Assembly (NCBI GenBank): GCA_001794125.1
Contig: MGJF01000002.1
Span: forward strand, 37,751-101,750
Length of the DNA: 64,000 bases
DNA from: Candidatus Yanofskybacteria bacterium RIFCSPHIGHO2_01_FULL_43_32
Lineage (GTDB): Bacteria > Patescibacteriota > Minisyncoccia > 2-02-FULL-40-12 > GWA2-44-9
Direction of reading: 5' to 3'
Shown here: positions 29,178-39,269 of the stretch, in pieces
Layout: each line of letters opens with the position of its first letter
Numbering within the stretch: the first letter of the stretch is position 1
Notes under the pieces: generated by a model
Seen by the model: only the letters and a program-made list of their open reading frames with translations
Told to the model about the DNA's origin: nothing
Database searches by the model: none
Made by a program: the position numbers and the translations under genes

Positions 29178-29278
29178 AAAAGAAAGGTGTTTTTGCGCAA
29201 TAAATAAATAATTAGTCAATGATGACATCTATTAAAAAACATGTTAAAAATAAGCAGCTTTTTAATAAGGGCCCTGAC

Positions 29279-30088
29279 ATGTCTGAGCGCGAAATAAAAA
29301 ACGTGATATTTATGGGTAAAAAGCCCTTGGCGGTAAGTGCTTTTGAGTATTTGCTTCAAAGGGGGATTAACGTAAAACTTGTTGTTGCAATGGTGGATGA
29401 ACCATTTGAAAACAATCTGGCCAATGCCGCTTTGTCTCATGGCATACCGTTATATACCGATCCGAAAGAGATTTATGAACTTATTGATTCAGGTGATGAA
29501 ATGTTCAGAGATGTTGATTTAGTTATTTCTTATCTTTTTTGGAAAAGAATGAAAAATGGCCTGATCAAATTGCCTAAGTGGGGATGCGTTAATTTTCATC
29601 CAGCACCACTTCCGGATTATAAGGGAAGAGCGGGATATAATACTGCAATTCTTGATAAACGTGATGATTTCGGGGTAAGTGCTCATTTTATAGATTCGGA
29701 GGAGTTTGACGTTGGGCCAATAATTAAAGTTACTAAATTTAAAATTGAACACGACAAAGAAACAGCTTATTCACTGGAGGCAAAAAGCCAGCAAAAAATG
29801 TTGGAACTGTTTAAAGAGGTAATTAATCTATTTACAAGTAACGAGGAGATTCAAATCTCTCCAAATTCCGGGGGGCTACACTTAACCGGTGAACAACTTG
29901 AAGAAATGAAAAAAGTTGATCTAGCCAAAGATTCTGCAGAAGAAATAGACCGGAAGGTAAGAGCTTTTTTCTTTCCTCCTTATACCGGGGCTAAACTAAT
30001 TGTAGGAGAAAAAGAATTTACTTTAGTTAATCAGGGGATATTAAATTTATTTCATGAAAAAATTAATAAAAAATTACCCAATAGCTAG
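29279..30088 (+). CDS. formyltransferase-fold sugar N-acyl(formyl)transferase
   Basis: VIFMGKKPLAVSAFEYL and WGCVNFHPAPLPDYKGRAGYNTAIL (Fmt catalytic core). Start chosen at ATG 29279 with AAGGG RBS rather than the ORF-track 29219. Confidence 0.6.
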   Translation: MSEREIKNVIFMGKKPLAVSAFEYLLQRGINVKLVVAMVDEPFENNLANAALSHGIPLYTDPKEIYELIDSGDEMFRDVDLVISYLFWKRMKNGLIKLPKWGCVNFHPAPLPDYKGRAGYNTAILDKRDDFGVSAHFIDSEEFDVGPIIKVTKFKIEHDKETAYSLEAKSQQKMLELFKEVINLFTSNEEIQISPNSGGLHLTGEQLEEMKKVDLAKDSAEEIDRKVRAFFFPPYTGAKLIVGEKEFTLVNQGILNLFHEKINKKLPNS

Positions 30089-31190
30089 GCCTCATATCAC
30101 TCATACGGAAAGACGGCATGTTTTGGAGGTTTTAAGTTCCGGGTCTTTAAGTTTGGGACCAAAATATGCAATATTTGAAAAAGAATTTGCTAAAAAAATA
30201 GGAACTAAATTTGCATGTACGGTTTCCAGTGGTACGGCCGGTTTACATTTGGCTATGATAGCTGCGAACATACAACCAGGAGATGAAGTTATTACATCTC
30301 CTTTTTCTTTTGTGGCTTCAGCAAATTGTATTTTATACATGAACGCTACGCCGGTTTTTGTGGATATAGATTCTCTGACATACAACATGAACCCCGATAA
30401 AATAGAAGCGGCGATTACTTCTAAAACGAAGGCTATTTTAGTAGTTCATATTTTTGGCCAAACATCAGACATGACCCGAATCATGCAAATTGCCAAAAAA
30501 CATAATCTTAAGATTATAGAGGATGCCTGCGAATCTGTATGCGCAACCCATAAAGGGAAAAAGGCCGGAACTTTCGGTGAAACTGCCGTGTTTGCTTTTT
30601 ATCCAAACAAACAGATGACGACCGGTGAAGGCGGAATGATAACCACGAATAATGAAAAAATATATAAATTATGCGGGAGTTTAAGAAATCAAGGACGAGC
30701 AGAAAACATGCAGTGGCTAGACCATGAAAGATTGGGATACAACTATAGAATGGATGAAGTGAGCGCAGCTCTCGGTATCAGTCAGTTGGCAAGGCTGGAT
30801 AAAATGATAGAACAACGCAGGATTATCGCAGGATGGTATAATGAATATCTGAAACCGTACAAAGAATTGGTGCAAATACCCCAAGTATCACCAGAGAACA
30901 CTCATACATGGTTTGTTTATGTCGTTACTCTAAGCCATGCCAAAATTAACCGGGATAAATTAATTACAATGTTGTCTCGGTTGGGTGTCAGCACTAAACC
31001 TTATCTGCCGTCTATTCATCTTTTCAGTTTTTATAAAAACAGATTCGGCTATAAAAAAGGTGATTTCCCGATATCAGAAAAGATAAGTCATTCCGCTTTG
31101 GCTTTGCCGTTTTATATCGGTCTGAAAAAGGGGGACATTAAGTACATAGTCAAAACATTAATTGACACCATTAAAAGCTATGAAAAATGA
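30054..31190 (+). CDS. DegT/DnrJ/EryC1/StrS PLP-dependent sugar aminotransferase (PseC/LegC-like)
   Basis: TVSSGTAGLHLAM, AFYPNKQMTTGEGGMITT with the conserved Lys present. Confidence 0.85.
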   Translation: MKKLIKNYPIARPHITHTERRHVLEVLSSGSLSLGPKYAIFEKEFAKKIGTKFACTVSSGTAGLHLAMIAANIQPGDEVITSPFSFVASANCILYMNATPVFVDIDSLTYNMNPDKIEAAITSKTKAILVVHIFGQTSDMTRIMQIAKKHNLKIIEDACESVCATHKGKKAGTFGETAVFAFYPNKQMTTGEGGMITTNNEKIYKLCGSLRNQGRAENMQWLDHERLGYNYRMDEVSAALGISQLARLDKMIEQRRIIAGWYNEYLKPYKELVQIPQVSPENTHTWFVYVVTLSHAKINRDKLITMLSRLGVSTKPYLPSIHLFSFYKNRFGYKKGDFPISEKISHSALALPFYIGLKKGDIKYIVKTLIDTIKSYEK

Positions 31191-32184
31191 ATTTAAAAAT
31201 AAAATAATTTTAGTTACTGGCGGTACCGGATCTATTGGCTCAGAAATAGTCAAACAACTTTTGGAATATAAGCCCAGGCAGATTAGGGTATTATCAAGAA
31301 ATGACAGCAAGCAATATCACTTGTTAGAAAAACTTGGCCATCCTAAAAACGTCAGAACACTCATTGGGGATATTAGGGACTCCAACCGTCTTGATTTGGC
31401 TTTTGAAAATGTGGATGTAGTTTTTCACACTGCCGCTTTAAAACATGTTTCCTTGTGCGAATACAATCCTCTCGAGACTATTAAAACTAATGTTTTAGGT
31501 TCTCAAAATGTTATAGATGCTGCTTTTAAAAACGGTGCTGAAAAGGTTATAGCTATTTCAACCGATAAGGCCGCAAACCCCGGCAATGTGATGGGCTTAT
31601 CAAAATTAATGATGGAAAAACTCATGACGAATACTGGTTATTTTTCCGGAGGAAAAACAAAGCTTTCGTGTGTAAGGTTCGGTAATGTGGCATGGTCAGA
31701 AGCCTCAGTCTTGCCATTGTGGAAAAGTCAGGCTGAAAATAAAGGACAAATAAATCTTACTGATAGGGATGCAACCAGATTTTTTATGTCAACAGACCAG
31801 GCGGTTAAATTAGTCTTAAAAGCGGCTGAAATTATGCAAGGAGGCGAGGTTTTTATTTTAAAGATGCCTTCAATTAAAATGGCTGATCTTGCCCGTGTTT
31901 TTGTTAATAAACATTTTTCAAATAAAAAAATTAAAATTAAATCCACCAACAAAAGAATCGGTGACAGAACACACGAGGAATTGTTTGACTTTAACGATGA
32001 TCAGAAATTGGTGCTTGAAGATAAGCAGATGTTTGTCATATTGCCCAGAGAATCAAGAGAAAGAAATAAAATATATTCAGTGCAACCCAAAATGTCTGCA
32101 TATAAGGGATTTAAAACAATTACCAAGACAACCTATGCTTCCCAAGATTATTTAAACAAAGATGCGATAGGAAAATTGGTTTAA
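31162..32184 (+). CDS. nucleotide-GlcNAc 4,6-dehydratase (PseB/LegB/FlaA1/CapD family)
   Basis: IILVTGGTGSIGSEIVKQLLEYKPRQIRVLSRNDSKQ short-form CapD N-terminus. Confidence 0.8.
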   Translation: MTPLKAMKNEFKNKIILVTGGTGSIGSEIVKQLLEYKPRQIRVLSRNDSKQYHLLEKLGHPKNVRTLIGDIRDSNRLDLAFENVDVVFHTAALKHVSLCEYNPLETIKTNVLGSQNVIDAAFKNGAEKVIAISTDKAANPGNVMGLSKLMMEKLMTNTGYFSGGKTKLSCVRFGNVAWSEASVLPLWKSQAENKGQINLTDRDATRFFMSTDQAVKLVLKAAEIMQGGEVFILKMPSIKMADLARVFVNKHFSNKKIKIKSTNKRIGDRTHEELFDFNDDQKLVLEDKQMFVILPRESRERNKIYSVQPKMSAYKGFKTITKTTYASQDYLNKDAIGKLV

Positions 32185-32190
32185 CACAGA

Positions 32191-33162
32191 ATGTTTAATG
32201 TTTACATAATCGGGGCGGGTCAAATAGGAAGTCGCCACTTCCAGGCTTTAAAAAGGGTCAAATTTCCCCTGAGTGTAACCGTGGTTGATCCATCTGAACA
32301 GTCACTCGCAGTTGCCAAAAAGCGATATGAAGAAATGCCAAAAGGAAGGTATCGCCATGAGATAAAATATCTTCAAGAAATTGATACCGGACAGAAAATT
32401 GACTTGATTATTCTTGCCACTACATCTAATGTGCGGGCCAAGATTATTAAGGATGTTTTGAAAAAAAATCAGGTACGCTATTTCATTCTGGAGAAGATCG
32501 TTTTTAATAAAAAGAGTGACTATTATGCCGTTAAAAATATTTTATCAAAATCAAAAATTAAAGCCTGGGTTAATTTACCCAGAAGAATTAGGCCGATTTA
32601 TAAAAAGATCAAAGAACAATTAATTGGCCGTGTAGTTTCTGTTCGAGGTATTGGCAGCCAATGGGGTCTGGCATGCAATGCTGTACATTTTCTCGACCTG
32701 ATTTCTTATCTTACCGGAGATTGTGATTATACTGTTGACACTCATCATCTGGATAAAAAAATATCATTAAGCAAAAGAAGGGGCTTCTTGGAAATTCATG
32801 GAACTCTTTATGCTAATTTCAAAAAAGGAAGTCGTTGTGAACTTTCCAGTCATACTTCCGGAAACGCCCCACTTCTCATTGATATATCTAATGACAATAT
32901 ACGATATATTATACGGGAACCGGAGGGCAAATATTGGGCTTCTAATGCAAGGGATAATTGGCGCTGGGAAGAGGTTTCATTTAGAACCCCATTAGTAAGC
33001 GAAACAACAACTTTAATAGTAGAAAATATTTTGACAAACGGCGATTGCCCCCTTACTTCATATGAAGAATCTATAAAAACACACCTATTATTGCTGGAGC
33101 CATTAAGACATTTTTTGAATAAAAATTCAGAAAAAAAATATGAACACTACCCATTCACCTAA
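32191..33162 (+). CDS. NAD-binding oxidoreductase (Gfo/Idh/MocA-like)
   Basis: VYIIGAGQIGSRHFQAL Rossmann N-terminus. Confidence 0.45.
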   Translation: MFNVYIIGAGQIGSRHFQALKRVKFPLSVTVVDPSEQSLAVAKKRYEEMPKGRYRHEIKYLQEIDTGQKIDLIILATTSNVRAKIIKDVLKKNQVRYFILEKIVFNKKSDYYAVKNILSKSKIKAWVNLPRRIRPIYKKIKEQLIGRVVSVRGIGSQWGLACNAVHFLDLISYLTGDCDYTVDTHHLDKKISLSKRRGFLEIHGTLYANFKKGSRCELSSHTSGNAPLLIDISNDNIRYIIREPEGKYWASNARDNWRWEEVSFRTPLVSETTTLIVENILTNGDCPLTSYEESIKTHLLLLEPLRHFLNKNSEKKYEHYPFT

Positions 33163-34084
33163 AATATTGCTAATCGGTTCTGGAAATATGGCTAAAGAAT
33201 ACGCCAGAGTATTGAAGGTCTTGAAAAAGGACTTTTTGGTGATAGGTAGAGGCGAAAAAAGCGCTTCAATTTTTGAAAAAGATGTCGGGGTACCAGTCGT
33301 AACGGGTGGTTTAAATAAATGGCTTGAAAATAAAACAAACAAAATACCGTCGGTGGCGATTGTTGCTACCAACGAAGAACAGCTCGGTCCGATAGCTCGC
33401 CTTCTTGTTCAACGTGGTGTGAAGTCTGTCCTTGTTGAAAAGCCGGGAGGCATGAATCTGAGCGATCTCACTAAGACTCAAAAAATTGCATTGAAAATGG
33501 GAGCGGAGGTTTTTGTTGCTTATAACCGCCGGTTTTATGCATCCACAATCAAAGCTAAAGAATTTATAAAACAAGATGGCATTTCTTCTTTTACTTTTGA
33601 TTTTACTGAACGAAGCGACCGTATAGCAAAGGCGGCTTTCTCTGCTAATGTCAAAAAAGAATGGCTTTTGACAAATTCAAGTCATGTAATTGATCTGGCG
33701 TTCTTCTTGGGAGGTAAACCAAAAAAAATAAAATGTTTTATGGCTGGAGGTCTGGATTGGCATCCGAAAGCTTCCATATATGCCGGAGCGGGGGTCAGTG
33801 AAAACGGAGCGCTATTTTCCTATCATGCAAACTGGGAGTCGGCGGGCCGATGGGGTGTGGAAATTCTGACACCAAAACGTAAACTTATATTAAGACCTTT
33901 AGAAAAACTGACTATTCAAAATAAGGATAGTTTGGTGACGGAGGAAGTGTTGTTGAATGATAGGTTGGACATTAATTTCAAGCCAGGTTTGTACCTTCAG
34001 GTTAAATCCCTCCTTGGCTCAAAAGCTAATTTGTTGACCATTCAAGAACAGGTTAAAAATGTAAGGTATTATAACTTAATTTAA
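33140..34084 (+). CDS. Gfo/Idh/MocA-family oxidoreductase
   Basis: ILLIGSGNMAKEYARVL; 23-nt overlap with the upstream gene. Confidence 0.55.
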   Translation: MNTTHSPKILLIGSGNMAKEYARVLKVLKKDFLVIGRGEKSASIFEKDVGVPVVTGGLNKWLENKTNKIPSVAIVATNEEQLGPIARLLVQRGVKSVLVEKPGGMNLSDLTKTQKIALKMGAEVFVAYNRRFYASTIKAKEFIKQDGISSFTFDFTERSDRIAKAAFSANVKKEWLLTNSSHVIDLAFFLGGKPKKIKCFMAGGLDWHPKASIYAGAGVSENGALFSYHANWESAGRWGVEILTPKRKLILRPLEKLTIQNKDSLVTEEVLLNDRLDINFKPGLYLQVKSLLGSKANLLTIQEQVKNVRYYNLI

Positions 34085-34089
34085 GAAGA

Positions 34090-34938
34090 ATGATTATTAT
34101 AAGATTATCGTTGGGTATGGGCAATAATTTATTTCAATATGCGTTGGGCCGTCGTTTGGCACTGGAACGCGAGACGGAATTATATTTGGATTTTTCGGGT
34201 GAAAATGAGAATCGCCGTCGCTATGCTTTGGGTTATATTTCTAAATTCAACATGATCAAAGCTGTAGCGATCAAAAGAGAAGTTGGAAAAATAAAATTAT
34301 TAAACAAATTATTTTTCTTAAACCCCAACTACAGAAACGCTGTCATTAAAGAGAGTGGAAATACTTTTGATCAAACTGTTATTAATGCTCCTAAGGACGC
34401 CTATCTTATGGGTTACTGGCAGAGTGAAAGATATTTTAAACCCGCGGAGAGTATTATAAGACAAGACCTTACACTTAAAGAACCGCAAGGGGAAAAATAT
34501 CAAGATCTTTTGGATAGAATTACACTATCTAATTCCGTGTCAGTTCATATCCGGCGCGGTGATTATTTGTTGGAAAAAAATTTACGCTTATTTCACCCAT
34601 GCACATCTGATTATTATCTTAAAGCCGAAGCGTTAATATCAGAAAAAGTATCTTCGCCTGAGTTGTTTATTTTTTCTGACGATATTGAATGGGTAAAACA
34701 AAATATCCCGTTTCGTTTTCCGGCCACTTTTGTTTCTGATGGCAGCCTAGCTGACTATCAGGAGCTTATGTTGATGAGCGCATGCAAACACAATATTATT
34801 GCCAACAGCACTTTTAGCTGGTGGGGCGCCTGGCTTAACAATAATCCTCAAAAAATAGTAATTACCCCTAAAAAATGGTTTATTGACCCGGCCACGGACG
34901 AAAAGGATTTAATACCTCCGACATGGGTTAAGATATAA
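34090..34938 (+). CDS. GT11-family alpha-1,2-fucosyltransferase-like (fucosyl- or colitosyl-transferase)
   Basis: GMGNNLFQYALGRRLA (GxGNQxFQYA) and VSVHIRRGDY (HxRRGDY) GT11 motifs. Confidence 0.8.
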   Translation: MIIIRLSLGMGNNLFQYALGRRLALERETELYLDFSGENENRRRYALGYISKFNMIKAVAIKREVGKIKLLNKLFFLNPNYRNAVIKESGNTFDQTVINAPKDAYLMGYWQSERYFKPAESIIRQDLTLKEPQGEKYQDLLDRITLSNSVSVHIRRGDYLLEKNLRLFHPCTSDYYLKAEALISEKVSSPELFIFSDDIEWVKQNIPFRFPATFVSDGSLADYQELMLMSACKHNIIANSTFSWWGAWLNNNPQKIVITPKKWFIDPATDEKDLIPPTWVKI

Positions 34939-34964
34939 AATGAGCAGATTATAATATAAAAGCC

Positions 34965-35822
34965 ATGAACTATTCTCCCAAAAAAATAATCTCCAGAATA
35001 AAAAAGCGGTATCAAGAATACCAAAATTTTTGGCACTTAAGTGATGTTTTACAAAAAAACAACATCCTTCTTGATTCAAAAAAAGGTAAAACTTGCTTCA
35101 TTTTAGGTAATGGACCATCAATAAATAACCAGGACTTAACCTGCTTGGTCAATAAAGAAACCTTTGTAATGAATAATTTTTGGCGACATCCTCAGTATAA
35201 AATCATTCGTCCCAAGTATTTGTTGGCTGGTGATTTGGCAAGTTATGCTCAAAATAAAAGACCGGAAGTAAGGGGCGTGGATTTATCGGCCAGTAGTGTT
35301 GCCACATCACAGGTTCCCGAAACGAAGTTGTTTTTAAATAGCATAGCCAAAAAATATGTTGAAGAAAATAAATTGTTTTTACAAAATCAGATTTTTTATG
35401 TTCTGCAACAGGGTCACATGGATGAAAAGTTGCGTTTTAATATTGATCCAAGTAGGCCCATACCACTTCCTAAAAATTCTGCCATATTAGCTTTGATTAT
35501 TGCCGTACATATGGGTTTTGAAATCATTTATCTTCTTGGGTGTGAGCATGATTTTTTGGCTTATCCTGCCAAAAGGTCATATGCTGGTTTTGTGGGTTTT
35601 TATGATAAACCTAAAAAATCTTCTTCGGATATACCCGAAGTTCCTTTGTATCAAGAAGCTCGTTATGAAAATATGATAGAAAGCTGTTTGAAACTTTTCA
35701 GAAACTACAGACTATTGTCGGAAAAAATCGCTAAGCTGTATCCTAATGTCAAAATTTATAATGCAACCCCAAACAGCTTTTTGGACGTATTCCCAACTGT
35801 TAATTTTGAAGATATTAAATAA
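34965..35822 (+). CDS. GNGPS-motif glycosyltransferase, GT42 sialyltransferase (CstII)-like / Maf (DUF115)-like
   Basis: FILGNGPSINNQDL...FVMNNF...AILALIIAVHMGFEIIYLLGCEHDF parallels CstII AGNGPSL...FRCNQF...AVAIALGYKEIYLSGIDFY. Confidence 0.45.
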   Translation: MNYSPKKIISRIKKRYQEYQNFWHLSDVLQKNNILLDSKKGKTCFILGNGPSINNQDLTCLVNKETFVMNNFWRHPQYKIIRPKYLLAGDLASYAQNKRPEVRGVDLSASSVATSQVPETKLFLNSIAKKYVEENKLFLQNQIFYVLQQGHMDEKLRFNIDPSRPIPLPKNSAILALIIAVHMGFEIIYLLGCEHDFLAYPAKRSYAGFVGFYDKPKKSSSDIPEVPLYQEARYENMIESCLKLFRNYRLLSEKIAKLYPNVKIYNATPNSFLDVFPTVNFEDIK

Positions 35823-36796
35823 TGGAACCAAAAATCTCGGTTATAATGACGGCATATAATTCGTCTAAGCACATCGGCGAAGCGATTTTAAGTATTTTAA
35901 ATCAGACACTTGAGGAATTTGAGCTCATTGTTGTTGACGACTGTTCACTTGATGACACATCTGAAATCGTAAGACGATATGCTGATAAGGACCCGAGAGT
36001 GATTTTGTTAAAAAATACGGTCAACTTAAAACCTGCTCTTTCCAGAAATAAAGCACTAGAAATTGCGAGGGGTAAATATGTCGCCGTATTGGATTCTGAC
36101 GACGTTTCACTACCTAATCGTTTAAGAGAACAGTATGATTATCTTGAAAGAAATCAGGACGTAGTTTTGGTTGGTTGCGCTGCCGAAATCATTGATGATA
36201 ATGGAAAAATTCTGGGACGAAAATATTATCCTAAAGATTTTAAAGAAATTAAATTTGTCTTGCTTTTAAAGAACCCGTTTGTTCATTCGGGAATTTTGGG
36301 TAGAAAACAAGCTATGACAGAGTTTGGATATTCAAACGACCATCTTCACTCCGAAGATTTAAAGTTATATTCAAATCTTGTCAGTAAATACAAAATTACA
36401 AATCTGGACAACATCCTTATAAAATATCGCCAAAGCGCCGGTTCCGTTACACTGGAACCGGAAACCAGACAAATACAACTGGCTAACGCAAACAAAATCC
36501 ACCACGACCTGATTAATCAATATCTGTTCGCTTCACCTGTTAAAGTAAAGATTGCCATTGAAACTATCCATAAAATGAGACACGACTTGTTTTCTATTTT
36601 AAGCACGATAGTTTTCTGCCGGCGCCTAACCCTTTCTTATGTTGAAAAAGAGCAGCCAAATATCGAAACCCGCAAAACTATTTGGAGTATATATTCCAAA
36701 GAAAAAGAGATGCTTCTTGGTCAAATTTTCCGTGTTCATGTGCCAAAATTATATTCCGCCGCTAAAAAAACCTACCGAGTTTTATCTGGCAATTAA
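35822..36796 (+). CDS. GT2-family glycosyltransferase
   Basis: ISVIMTAYNSSKHIGEAILSILNQT...ELIVVDDCSLDDT, DSDD. Confidence 0.8.
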   Translation: MEPKISVIMTAYNSSKHIGEAILSILNQTLEEFELIVVDDCSLDDTSEIVRRYADKDPRVILLKNTVNLKPALSRNKALEIARGKYVAVLDSDDVSLPNRLREQYDYLERNQDVVLVGCAAEIIDDNGKILGRKYYPKDFKEIKFVLLLKNPFVHSGILGRKQAMTEFGYSNDHLHSEDLKLYSNLVSKYKITNLDNILIKYRQSAGSVTLEPETRQIQLANANKIHHDLINQYLFASPVKVKIAIETIHKMRHDLFSILSTIVFCRRLTLSYVEKEQPNIETRKTIWSIYSKEKEMLLGQIFRVHVPKLYSAAKKTYRVLSGN

Positions 36797-36799
36797 AAA

Positions 36800-38134
36800 G
36801 TGTATGCTGTTATTATGAATCTTAAGAAAAGGTTTCAATATTTTTTTAATCATAAGTTTGTTCGGCGGACGGCTACTTTGCAAATAGGAAGTTTTGGGGG
36901 GACAATTGTTCAGGCGGTGGTCGGCATACTTTTAGCCAGGCTTTTGCAGCCGGAGCTTTTGGGTATTTATTCTCTTGCTTTCGGATTAGCGGCTACAACT
37001 TCTTTGGTAATTGGCATGGGAATTCAGGAGGCGGTTTCAAGTTTACTGGGCAGATCTTACGCGCAAAAGGATAAAGCCGAGACAGAAAATATTCTTGGCT
37101 TTATGTTCAAGATAACTTTTTTTGCCGCCCTGATAGTGTTGGTTTTTAGTTTTTTTCTGCCGAACATAGCGGATAGATTATATGGTGATTCGGTTATTGG
37201 TATTTATGCTTCAATTATTGTTGTCGCGGTGATTCTGTCATCGTTTTTCTTTACTCTCGCGTACTCTGCTTTTCAGGTTACCGGCAGAATCAGATCCCTC
37301 ACATATTTAATCGTTATCGACCAATCATTGAGATCCGGCCTGTCTTTGGTTTTGGTTATGGCCGGTTTTGGAGTTTTAGGAGCGGTTAGCGGACACCTGG
37401 TCGGGGCTTTGATACTATTTATTTCCTCGGCATTGTTGTTTGTAAATTTAAAAATAAAGGATTCTGTTTTTCCGGATTTACGCCGGCTGATTATTAGCGC
37501 AAAGAGCATAAGTCTAAAAAAATATTTCGGTTTTACTTTCTGGGTCGCTTTGGACAGGAATATGGGCAACTTATTTATGGCTTTGCCGGTTATTCTTACC
37601 GGTATTTATGTTACTGTTTCCGAAGTTTCTTTTTTCAGACTAGCTTTCGGATATGTTAATCTTGCCTTAAGTTTGCTTGGTCCGGTATCGGTGCTGTTAA
37701 ATGTTGAATTTCCCAAGTTGCATATTGAAAACAAGGAAAAATTAGCTGAAAATTTCAAAAAAGTTTCTTTATATTCCCTTGCGCTTTCTATTTTTTTGAC
37801 TGTTACCGCGGTTGTTATTTCTCCCATAGCGTTCAAAATATTTTATGGAGAAAGTTTTTTGCCGAGTGTGCCTTATGTGGCCGGACTGATTGTTTATGGC
37901 GCTTTGTATGGTATCGGAGTGGGTTTGGGCCCGATGTGGCGGGCAATCAACAAGGTTAAGATTTCAATATTGATAAATTCTGTTATTCTTGGCATGGGTA
38001 TTCCACTGGGTCTATGGTTAATAAAGAGTTATGGACTTTGGGGGTCGGTTATTATGGTGACGGTGTGGTTTTCGGTTTCACATCTAATTTCTTTTATTTA
38101 CCTTATAAAAAAACTAAATATTAAAAATGGCTAA
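36800..38134 (+). CDS. Wzx-type oligosaccharide flippase (MOP superfamily)
   Basis: 444 aa with about 12 predicted TM helices, directly after the GT genes. Confidence 0.65.
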   Translation: MYAVIMNLKKRFQYFFNHKFVRRTATLQIGSFGGTIVQAVVGILLARLLQPELLGIYSLAFGLAATTSLVIGMGIQEAVSSLLGRSYAQKDKAETENILGFMFKITFFAALIVLVFSFFLPNIADRLYGDSVIGIYASIIVVAVILSSFFFTLAYSAFQVTGRIRSLTYLIVIDQSLRSGLSLVLVMAGFGVLGAVSGHLVGALILFISSALLFVNLKIKDSVFPDLRRLIISAKSISLKKYFGFTFWVALDRNMGNLFMALPVILTGIYVTVSEVSFFRLAFGYVNLALSLLGPVSVLLNVEFPKLHIENKEKLAENFKKVSLYSLALSIFLTVTAVVISPIAFKIFYGESFLPSVPYVAGLIVYGALYGIGVGLGPMWRAINKVKISILINSVILGMGIPLGLWLIKSYGLWGSVIMVTVWFSVSHLISFIYLIKKLNIKNG

Positions 38135-39269
38135 ACGGGAATATTTGTTAATAGGTATTGTTGCGGCGGTGATGCTGGCTTACTTTATCATAGCTACGCC
38201 AGTTATGAACGACGATGGATTTCACTATGAAGGATTTGCTGAATCACTGGCTCACGGCAAATTGGACTTCAAATCGTTTTACGGGTTTCAAGGTCTTTCT
38301 TTTTTTGCCGTTCCTATATTTTGGCTGACCCGTTCTCACGATTCAATTATTATAATGTCGGCAATATTTTCCTTGTTTTCTGTTCTGTTGGCTTACTTTA
38401 TCGGGAAAGAATTTTACGGAAACCGCCGAGCCGGCATTTATTTTTTAATTTTATTTTTGCTGACGCCTTATCCTTATACGACCATGATGCGGGGATTTCA
38501 GGAGGCGGCGCTTCTGTTCTTTATTCTCCTGATAATATACGGGAGTTTGAATAAAAAATTGTGGACCCCTGTGACGTGGGCAGTTGGTGGAATCGTAAAG
38601 CCATTTGCCATGGTCCTCTTTCCTTTGTTTATCAAAGATTTTTGGAATAATCCGTTTAATAAAACTCATGGCAGGAAAATCATTTGGCCGATAGTTGCCA
38701 TAGTTATCGGCGGTGCTTATTTGGGTGCAAGTTATTATCAAACCGGACACTTGATTAATAACGCAGCAATAAATTCATATCAGGGGAACTTTGATACGGG
38801 TAATCCACCGCCTTTGGCAGAAAGCTTTACCGTCGGAATTAAGGGATATTTAAGAGTTGCCGCCAACCTTCTCCTGTCTTTTAGAAAAATAATGATTTCT
38901 CCATTGGTAATTGTATTGGGCTTCCTTTCCCTGCTGTTTAACAAGGACTTAAAATTAAGAAAAGAAATAATTTTGGCCATTATTCTTAATTTTATATTGG
39001 TTGGCAGTCTAACATTTTCTTTTTCTAAATATCTTCTACCGATGACGGCGTTATTTGCCTTGGCTTCGGTTAGCTATCTTCTAAAACATAAATGGCTGAT
39101 GATTTTTGTGTTTGTTGATTCGTTGTTTGTGTTTTTGCCGATTTGGAATTATTTTGGTCATAACTATTGGTCGAATATTTATTTATATTTAACCCCTTTT
39201 TGGTTAGCGGCGGCATTGTTTATATATGAGCGATTACTCGCAAAGCATAGTTTTAATACCAACTCTTAA
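38127..39269 (+). CDS. polytopic membrane protein, putative Wzy polymerase or GT-C-fold glycosyltransferase
   Basis: 380 aa, multiple TM helices, position between flippase and polyprenyl-phosphate GT2. Confidence 0.4.
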   Translation: MAKREYLLIGIVAAVMLAYFIIATPVMNDDGFHYEGFAESLAHGKLDFKSFYGFQGLSFFAVPIFWLTRSHDSIIIMSAIFSLFSVLLAYFIGKEFYGNRRAGIYFLILFLLTPYPYTTMMRGFQEAALLFFILLIIYGSLNKKLWTPVTWAVGGIVKPFAMVLFPLFIKDFWNNPFNKTHGRKIIWPIVAIVIGGAYLGASYYQTGHLINNAAINSYQGNFDTGNPPPLAESFTVGIKGYLRVAANLLLSFRKIMISPLVIVLGFLSLLFNKDLKLRKEIILAIILNFILVGSLTFSFSKYLLPMTALFALASVSYLLKHKWLMIFVFVDSLFVFLPIWNYFGHNYWSNIYLYLTPFWLAAALFIYERLLAKHSFNTNS

